37,767 nucleotides of DNA, from contig JACQWU010000323.1 in NCBI GenBank assembly GCA_016209155.1, positions 1 through 37,767 of the forward strand, given 5' to 3'. Source of the DNA: Candidatus Desantisbacteria bacterium (lineage in GTDB: Bacteria; JACRDZ01). Every line of letters starts with the position of its first letter. Position 1 is the first letter of the stretch. A program made the translations under genes and the position numbers. Shown here piece after piece: positions 31,700-37,767 of the stretch. The notes beneath the pieces are model-generated. The model was not told the origin of the DNA. It saw nothing but the letters and a program-made list of their open reading frames with translations, and did no database searches.

Positions 31700-34510
31700 T
31701 CATAAAACTTTTTTTAGATACTGCCCTGTATAAGAATTCGGATTAACAGCTATTTCTTCGGGTGTTCCGCATCCAACCATATATCCGCCAAGATCGCCGC
31801 CTTCAGGGCCAAGATCGATAATATAATCAGCAGTTTTAATTACATCAAGATTGTGTTCAATTACTATAATAGTATTACCTGCATCCGTCAATTGATTTAG
31901 CACATCCATCAATTTAGATATATCAGCAAAATGCAAACCAGTTGTTGGTTCATCCAATAGATACAGGGTGCGGCCCGTACTTCTTTTTCCCAATTCATTG
32001 GAAAGCTTGACTCTTTGAGCTTCACCGCCAGAAAGAGTAGTTGCAGGCTGTCCCAGTTTTATGTATCCCAGACCAACATCATTAATTGTTGAAAGTTTAT
32101 TTTTTATTCTTGGAATATTTTGAAAAAAATTCAGCGCTTCTTCAACAGTCATATCCAGAACTTCGGAAATGCTTTTTCCTTTATATTTTATTTCCAGAGT
32201 ATCGCGGTTATATCTTGTTCCCTTGCATACTTCACAGGGAACATATACATCTGGTAAAAAATGCATTTCAATTTTTATAATTCCATCGCCTTCGCATGCT
32301 TCACATCGTCCGCCTTTTACATTAAACGAGAATCTGCCTTCCTTATATCCCCGCATTTTTGATTCAGGAACTAAAGCGAATAACTTGCGTATTTCAGTGA
32401 AAACTTCAGTATAAGTAGCCGGATTAGACCGGGGAGTGCGTCCAATTGGAGACTGGTCAACATCAATAACCTTATCAAAATGCTCTTTACCCAAAATTTT
32501 TTCGTGTTCCCCAATTTGAACTCTTGACCAATAAAAATGATACATAAGCGAATTATATAAAATATCATTAATCAAAGTGCTTTTTCCTGATCCAGACACG
32601 CCAGTTATACATGTAAATAGTCCAATAGGAATTTTTATATCGATATTTTTTAGATTATTTTGCTTTGCACCAATTACTTCTAAAAATTTCCCTTTTGGTT
32701 TTCGGCGTTGAGCTGGAGTTTTGATGGACAATTTATGCATAAGATATTGCCCTGTTAAGGATTCAGAACATTTAAGCAAATCATCCGGATGTCCGCAAAA
32801 AACTAATTTACCGCCCCGCTCGCCAGCTCCAGGACCCAGATCAATAATATAATCAGCAGAAAGCATAGTTTCCTCATCATGTTCCACAACAATAACACTA
32901 TTTCCTAAATCTCTTAATTCCTTAAGAGTATTAAGCAGTTTGGTATTATCACGCTGATGCAAACCGATGCTTGGTTCATCAAGAATATATAAAACACCAA
33001 CAAGACGCGACCCAATTTGAGTTGCCAGACGAATACGCTGGGATTCTCCGCCTGAAAGTGTACCTGCATTGCGGTCAAGCGTTAAATAGCTTAACCCGAC
33101 ATTATTTAAAAATCCAAGTCTATTTTTTATTTCTTTAAGAATTTGATTTGCAATAAAAAGTTCTTTTTCAGTTAATTTAATTCCGATAAAAAACTGCATA
33201 AGTTCTTTAATAGATAAACGCGTAACATCAATAATATTTTTCCCTGCAATAGTAATAGCTAATGATTCAGGACGCAGGCGATTGCCGGAGCAGCTCGGGC
33301 ATGGCATAACACCCATATAATTTTCAAACTCTTCTCTTATAGCCTGTGACTGCGTTTCTTTATATCTGCGTTCCATATTGCCGATAACGCCTTCAAATTT
33401 AGTATAATGTTCATGACTGATATATTCTTTTTCAAATACAAATTTTATTTTTTCAGTGCCAGCGCCATAAAATAAAATATTTTGAATTTTTTGCGGAAGA
33501 TTTTTCCATTGTGTATCCAGACTGAAATTATAATGATGAGCAACTGCTTTTAACATCTGCTGGAAATAAAATGCAGTGCCTCTGCTCCATGGTTTTATTG
33601 CTCCCTGTTTTAATGACAAATTTTTATCAGGCACAATGCGATCAGGATCAAAATATATTTTATCTCCTAGCCCGCTGCATTCAGGACATGCGCCATAAGG
33701 ACTATTAAATGAAAACATACGCGGAGTTATTTCTCCAACACTTATTCCGCAGTTAATGCAGGCATATTTTTCACTGAAAAGAGTTTCTTTATCATCTTTT
33801 AAAAGAGTTAGTATCCCATCCCCAATAGCTAAAGCTTTTTCTACAGATTCAGCAATACGGTTTAAATTTTCAGCCTTTACTATTAACCTGTCTATAATAA
33901 CTTCAATATCATGTTTTTTATTTTTATTCAGTTTAATTTCATCTTCTTCAATATCATATATTTTTTTATCTATCCTGACTCTTAAATATCCTTCTTTTCG
34001 TATACCGTCAAGTATTTTGCGATATTCGCCTTTGCGGCCTCGTATAGCCGGAGCTAAAATCTGTATTTTAGAATTTTCACCCATTTCCATTATTCTATCA
34101 GTTATTTCCTGCGCGCTTTGCTGTGTAATTTCCCGCCCGCATTTATAGCAATGCGGTTTGCCAATTCTAGCAAAAAAGAGACGCAGATAATCATAAATCT
34201 CTGTAACAGTCCCAACCGTAGAACGCGGATTTTTGCTGGTGCTTTTTTGCTCAATAGAAATAGCAGGGGAAAGCCCGCTGATAAAATCAACTTCAGGTTT
34301 ATCCATCTGTCCTAAAAATTGACGCGCATAAGTGGATAGAGATTCAACATATCTGCGCTGTCCTTCTGCGTATATCGTATCAAATGCAAGCGATGATTTT
34401 CCTGATCCGCTTAAACCTGTTATAACCACAAGTTTATTTCGAGGAATAACGAGATCTATATGTTTAAGATTATGCTGACTTGCACCTTTTATAATAATAT
34501 TTTCTTCCAA
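31700..34510 (-). CDS. uvrA: Excinuclease ABC subunit A
   Basis: Two ABC ATPase domains ([36 protein letters not shown]), CxxC zinc fingers, [12 protein letters not shown]; TTG start preceded by AAGGAG. Confidence 0.98.
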   Translation of the reverse strand: MEENIIIKGASQHNLKHIDLVIPRNKLVVITGLSGSGKSSLAFDTIYAEGQRRYVESLSTYARQFLGQMDKPEVDFISGLSPAISIEQKSTSKNPRSTVGTVTEIYDYLRLFFARIGKPHCYKCGREITQQSAQEITDRIMEMGENSKIQILAPAIRGRKGEYRKILDGIRKEGYLRVRIDKKIYDIEEDEIKLNKNKKHDIEVIIDRLIVKAENLNRIAESVEKALAIGDGILTLLKDDKETLFSEKYACINCGISVGEITPRMFSFNSPYGACPECSGLGDKIYFDPDRIVPDKNLSLKQGAIKPWSRGTAFYFQQMLKAVAHHYNFSLDTQWKNLPQKIQNILFYGAGTEKIKFVFEKEYISHEHYTKFEGVIGNMERRYKETQSQAIREEFENYMGVMPCPSCSGNRLRPESLAITIAGKNIIDVTRLSIKELMQFFIGIKLTEKELFIANQILKEIKNRLGFLNNVGLSYLTLDRNAGTLSGGESQRIRLATQIGSRLVGVLYILDEPSIGLHQRDNTKLLNTLKELRDLGNSVIVVEHDEETMLSADYIIDLGPGAGERGGKLVFCGHPDDLLKCSESLTGQYLMHKLSIKTPAQRRKPKGKFLEVIGAKQNNLKNIDIKIPIGLFTCITGVSGSGKSTLINDILYNSLMYHFYWSRVQIGEHEKILGKEHFDKVIDVDQSPIGRTPRSNPATYTEVFTEIRKLFALVPESKMRGYKEGRFSFNVKGGRCEACEGDGIIKIEMHFLPDVYVPCEVCKGTRYNRDTLEIKYKGKSISEVLDMTVEEALNFFQNIPRIKNKLSTINDVGLGYIKLGQPATTLSGGEAQRVKLSNELGKRSTGRTLYLLDEPTTGLHFADISKLMDVLNQLTDAGNTIIVIEHNLDVIKTADYIIDLGPEGGDLGGYMVGCGTPEEIAVNPNSYTGQYLKKVL

Positions 34511-34585
34511 AGTAATCTGCTCCTTTTTTTGATTTTCTTATATTACATAAATACTAATATTTTAAAAATTTTACTGGAAGCCTTA

Positions 34586-34614
34586 AATATATTATTTATA
34601 AAATAGAAAGTCAA
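34586..34614 (-). promoter_or_regulatory. Candidate uvrA promoter
   Basis: Minus strand TTGACT-N17-TATATT, ~75 bp upstream of the start; the region is very AT-rich, so a chance match is possible. Confidence 0.4.
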
Positions 34615-34662
34615 ATATATTATTACTTAAATTCAAATAATAACTGAAGTATTACCCCATTT

Positions 34663-34847
34663 TATACCCAAGCTAATCAGGTTTGCGAATTTATAACGTC
34701 ATCTGTACTTCATCTTGAAACGATATTCATTCGCAAAATCCTAGAGCGTAGTTAAAACTACGCCTGCGGTTTTGCTCAATCAGATCGTTCCAATCTGAAG
34801 CACATCTGATTGCTATAATTTTCGCAAACCTGATTAGCTTGGGTATA
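34663..34847. mobile_element. 185-bp near-fully palindromic MITE with TATACCC ends (ERIC/RUP-like, TA-targeting)
   Basis: Perfect 27-bp TIR TATACCCAAGCTAATCAGGTTTGCGAA / TTCGCAAACCTGATTAGCTTGGGTATA; central hairpin GCAAAA...GCGTAGTT-AA-AACTACGC...TTTTGC. Confidence 0.85.
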
Positions 34848-34857
34848 ACAAAAATTC

Positions 34858-34887
34858 TTGACAATTTAATAATTCCATTCCTATAAT
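34858..34887 (+). promoter_or_regulatory. Consensus sigma70 promoter
   Basis: TTGACA (34858-34863), 18 nt, TATAAT (34882-34887). Confidence 0.7.
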
Positions 34888-35108
34888 ACAACTTCATGGA
34901 TGACATGGATGCCGAGGCTGAAGAATTAGGCGGAAAGCGTTCGTTTTTTGCCGGTAAATTTGCAGAATTTAGCTGGCCAAATTTAATGGCTATTGGTAAA
35001 AGCGGATTTGATGTATTGAATCTATATTCCGAATCAATTTAAAAAATGAATTTAAATAAAAATATTCCTCCGCTGTTCAGGGATATTTTTTAAAACGCAT
35101 ATTTACCT
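34887..35108 (+). pseudogene. Relic of the N-terminal region of a type I/IIG restriction-modification N6-adenine methyltransferase (HsdM-like)
   Basis: One frame reads YNFMDDMDAEAEELGGKRSFFAGKFAEFSWPNLM...VLNLYSESI*KMNLNKNIPPLFRDIF*NAYLP, with in-frame TAA at 35040-35042 and 35091-35093. This resembles, from memory, the HsdM_N segment YKFMDDMD..EELGG...IPPLFRDIFKNAYLPY; not database-verified. Confidence 0.7.
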
Positions 35109-35126
35109 ACCTTAGGAGGAATAATT

Positions 35127-36638
35127 ATGAAAATATCAGCAAAAACGTATGCGCTAATATTTGTGTTATTAAGTTTATCTATGGCCTGCATTAATAGAAA
35201 AAAAGATGGAGATAATAATCCTGCTACACAAACAGGGAAGGAAATCCTTGTTAATGCAAATGATTCCACCTCAAGTAATTTTGTAACTATTGAAGAAGCA
35301 TTGAACACAGCAAAAAATGGGGATACAATTAAAATTGCAGCAGGTACATACACACCAACTGGAGGGACACTCGAACTTAAGCCGGGAGTTAAAATTGAAG
35401 GAGCTAATACTGTCACAACAATTATACAGGGTGATATTCTTGATCATAATTCGAGCACGGAACCAGTTTCTCTTTCAAATATTACTTTTAAAAATTTTAA
35501 CTTTCAAAGAGTAGGACCTTCAACTACACCTGAAGAGAAGAATATAATAAAGAATTGCAAATTTGCATCATTGAATATCAGTTATGGGGCAATTTTATCA
35601 GAAACAGACCCAAGTTACTCTTTTCTAATTGAGGGGAATACTGTCAGTGAGGAAATTAGATTTTCGCACGGTGCAGGTAAAGCAACAAATGTGATTAATA
35701 ACAATACAGTTACAGGCAATATCAGCTTGATAATGGGATCTGGGGCTACTAATATTATATCTAATAATACAGTGACAGGTATCATTGAGGATTTAAGTGG
35801 AACAACTACAACAACTATTTCCGGGAATACTATAAATGGAAGGATAGTTGATTCAAGCGGCGGCCACGATGACGGGACCGAAGATGAAATTATTGATAAC
35901 AATATTGTAATATTTGATGAAGACATTTTAGGACCAGAACTTGCAGCTATGGAAATTAAAGGGAGAAGCGCAACAGTCAGTAATAATACTGTTATCGTAA
36001 CAGGCAAGGCAAGCGGAATTATCATAAAATCAGGAACGCCGACAAATATTAAAGGAAATGTAATCACACTTCCGTATATCTTTGACTCGAGCGATCCTTA
36101 TAGTGACCCTGATAATCTTACATGCGCAATTTATACGCTTGCAGGAGCAGGTGAAGTATCAAATAACAAAATAACCGGAGGCTACTATGGAATCTATGAT
36201 AAAAGTGGTGGGGGAAAAATGGATAACAATGATATACAGAGTGCACATATAGGTATCTGGACAGCAGGGGGGAAGGAATTTAACAATAATACTATAAAGG
36301 ATTGTAAGAGTGATGGATTGATTATTGCTACAAAAGGTCCATTTTCATATAACACGATTATGAATAATCTTGGAGCAGGTATAAGAATTCTTAATATATT
36401 ATCTACCACCGTTCCCGATCTTGGTGGAGGAGCTTTAAATGGAGCCGGGAACAACACGATTAAAGGTAATGGGAATTATGATCTTATCATTGAATCTGCC
36501 AATTCTAATATTGATACAATTTTTGCAGAAAATAATTATTGGGATCATTCTTTGGAAGAGGAAATCAATAATTTAGATATATACGATGGACGGGATGAAG
36601 AGGGATTGAGCATAGTTAATTTTGTCCCATTTAAATAG
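35127..36638 (+). CDS. Predicted lipoprotein with right-handed parallel beta-helix (pectin-lyase-like fold)
   Basis: AGGAGG RBS; signal with lipobox LSMA-C; FVTIEEALNTAKNGDTIKIAAGTY start of helix; many I.NN.I/V repeats; DLGGG...GNNTI and AENNYW motifs. Confidence 0.82.
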   Translation: MKISAKTYALIFVLLSLSMACINRKKDGDNNPATQTGKEILVNANDSTSSNFVTIEEALNTAKNGDTIKIAAGTYTPTGGTLELKPGVKIEGANTVTTIIQGDILDHNSSTEPVSLSNITFKNFNFQRVGPSTTPEEKNIIKNCKFASLNISYGAILSETDPSYSFLIEGNTVSEEIRFSHGAGKATNVINNNTVTGNISLIMGSGATNIISNNTVTGIIEDLSGTTTTTISGNTINGRIVDSSGGHDDGTEDEIIDNNIVIFDEDILGPELAAMEIKGRSATVSNNTVIVTGKASGIIIKSGTPTNIKGNVITLPYIFDSSDPYSDPDNLTCAIYTLAGAGEVSNNKITGGYYGIYDKSGGGKMDNNDIQSAHIGIWTAGGKEFNNNTIKDCKSDGLIIATKGPFSYNTIMNNLGAGIRILNILSTTVPDLGGGALNGAGNNTIKGNGNYDLIIESANSNIDTIFAENNYWDHSLEEEINNLDIYDGRDEEGLSIVNFVPFK

Positions 36639-36650
36639 CAAAAAAACATT

Positions 36651-36697
36651 AACCACAGAGACACGCACAGAGAAGAAATGTTTTACCTCTGTGTCTC
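36651..36697. repeat. CACAGAG/CTCTGTG-type imperfect palindrome between convergent genes
   Basis: AACCACAGAGACACGCACAGAG ... CTCTGTGTCTC followed by a T-run; same core motif as the interior of the 20242-20350 element. Confidence 0.5.
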
Positions 36698-36733
36698 CTT
36701 TTTTAGGATCTTATCTCCGGTAAATTCAGCAAT

Positions 36734-37585
36734 TTATATTGTTTTTTGCAGAAACTCTTTTATTTTTTCATATCTCTGTTCATTATCAACCTCTTTATCT
36801 GTAAATCCAGTTTCAAAAGTATCTCTTAATTTCTGATAAAATATACCTGTTGGGATTTTGCTGTCAGCGTTATAATCCCACTCTCTTATTTTTTCCAAGG
36901 CCTTTGAATAATCATCTTTCTGATGATCTTTTAATTCATAAATCCGTTCGCCATAATACTCATAGAGGTTAAAAAATGTCACGCATACCTGCAATACGTC
37001 AACCAAAGAAAATCCTTTATGAATGATTGCTTCCTTGAAATTTTTTTTCAAGAGGTTTAATCCGAATGAAGTTCCCCTGGCCAAAAACGTAGCTCCGCCA
37101 GCTAACATCAAATGAAGAGGATTCAAAGGCAATTCTTTTGTACCTTTGGGTGTAGAACGGCCGTGAAAATCAAACGGAGAAGTCGGAGTGTATTGTCCGG
37201 TTGTCAATCCATAAACACGGTTATTATGAACGATCATTGTTATATCAATATTTCTCTTTGCGGCGAAGATCAGATGTTCCATCCCCTCACCGTAGGCATC
37301 ACCATCCCCCGCGAAAACAATTACCTTCGTACTCGGTTTCGCAATTTTAATCCCTTCCGCCACAGGCAAGGTTCTGCCGTGAAGCGAATAAAAACTATTA
37401 AGGTTTAGGTAGTCAACAATTTTCGCATGACAACCTATCCCTGAAACCAAAACAATATTTTCCGATGGACAGCCCTCAGAGATCAACTCGTTAATAACAA
37501 CCTTAATCGCTGTTAATATCGCGAAGTTCCCGCAGCCTATGCACCATGTATTTTGAGTTTTTGTTACAATATTTTGCTGATTCAT
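36734..37585 (-). CDS. 2-oxoacid:ferredoxin oxidoreductase beta subunit (TPP-binding)
   Basis: TWCIGCGNF, VSGIGC, LHGR.LP.A.GIK, GDGD..GEG, NN.VYGLTTGQYTPT and DVLQVCVTF motifs. Confidence 0.93.
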   Translation of the reverse strand: MNQQNIVTKTQNTWCIGCGNFAILTAIKVVINELISEGCPSENIVLVSGIGCHAKIVDYLNLNSFYSLHGRTLPVAEGIKIAKPSTKVIVFAGDGDAYGEGMEHLIFAAKRNIDITMIVHNNRVYGLTTGQYTPTSPFDFHGRSTPKGTKELPLNPLHLMLAGGATFLARGTSFGLNLLKKNFKEAIIHKGFSLVDVLQVCVTFFNLYEYYGERIYELKDHQKDDYSKALEKIREWDYNADSKIPTGIFYQKLRDTFETGFTDKEVDNEQRYEKIKEFLQKTI

Positions 37586-37767
37586 TATTAAACTTCCTTA
37601 AATTATCTTCTTGACTTTATCCCTATTTTGCAGAAACCCCTTGTAAACATTAGAGTTTTATTTTTTCATGGGCACTACATTTTTTCTATAATATAAGGAG
37701 TTAACTTATAATCTACCTCCATAAGATGATATATTTTTCTAGCATCTTGAGATATTCTCGAAGGTAA

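Noticed and set aside
26986-34315. Short ORFs overlapping the DUF4175-like, pmbA and uvrA genes
   Set aside because: Fully overlapped by well-supported genes; compositionally antisense or off-frame.
34511-34662. LexA/SOS box upstream of uvrA
   Set aside because: No CTGT-N8-ACAG or GAAC-N4-GTTC motif seen; a lineage-specific box cannot be excluded.
35040-35093. TAA read-through or recoding producing a methyltransferase-lipoprotein fusion
   Set aside because: TAA terminates ordinary genes here (PKS, ECH, lipoprotein), and the lipoprotein has its own SD and signal peptide; decay is simpler.
35090-36457. Minus-strand ORFs of 87-150 aa in the beta-helix gene
   Set aside because: Antisense shadows of an Asn/Thr/Ile-rich gene with no recognisable motifs.

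Overview
AT-rich bacterial DNA in two parts. The left part (about 1-26.2 kb, all minus strand) is the start of a trans-AT polyketide cluster. It begins with an orphan NarL/LuxR-type regulator whose phospho-acceptor Asp is replaced by Glu. A stand-alone PfaD/FabK-type enoyl reductase, an AcpK-like ACP, a PksF-like decarboxylating KS (Cys->Ser) and a PksH-like enoyl-CoA hydratase follow. Last comes a 6610-aa four-KS PKS: KS-[degenerate AT + unknown insert]-DH-KR-cMT-ACP / KS-DH-KR-ACP / KS-DH-KR-cMT-ACP / KS-ACP(beta-branch W motif)-docking. No HMG-CoA synthase, PksI-type ECH, trans-AT, loading module or thioesterase is in the window. The right part holds a BrnT-like toxin/RHH antitoxin pair, an apparent uvrA-pmbA-DUF4175-like operon, a decayed N6-adenine methyltransferase (HsdM-like) fragment behind a consensus promoter, a beta-helix lipoprotein and a 2-oxoacid:ferredoxin oxidoreductase beta subunit. 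Many intergenic gaps carry short palindromic MITE/REP-like elements of several families, some with clear target-site duplications. One family brackets the PKS gene as direct copies and another brackets the regulator as inverted copies. All family calls come from reading motifs by eye; no database searches were run.
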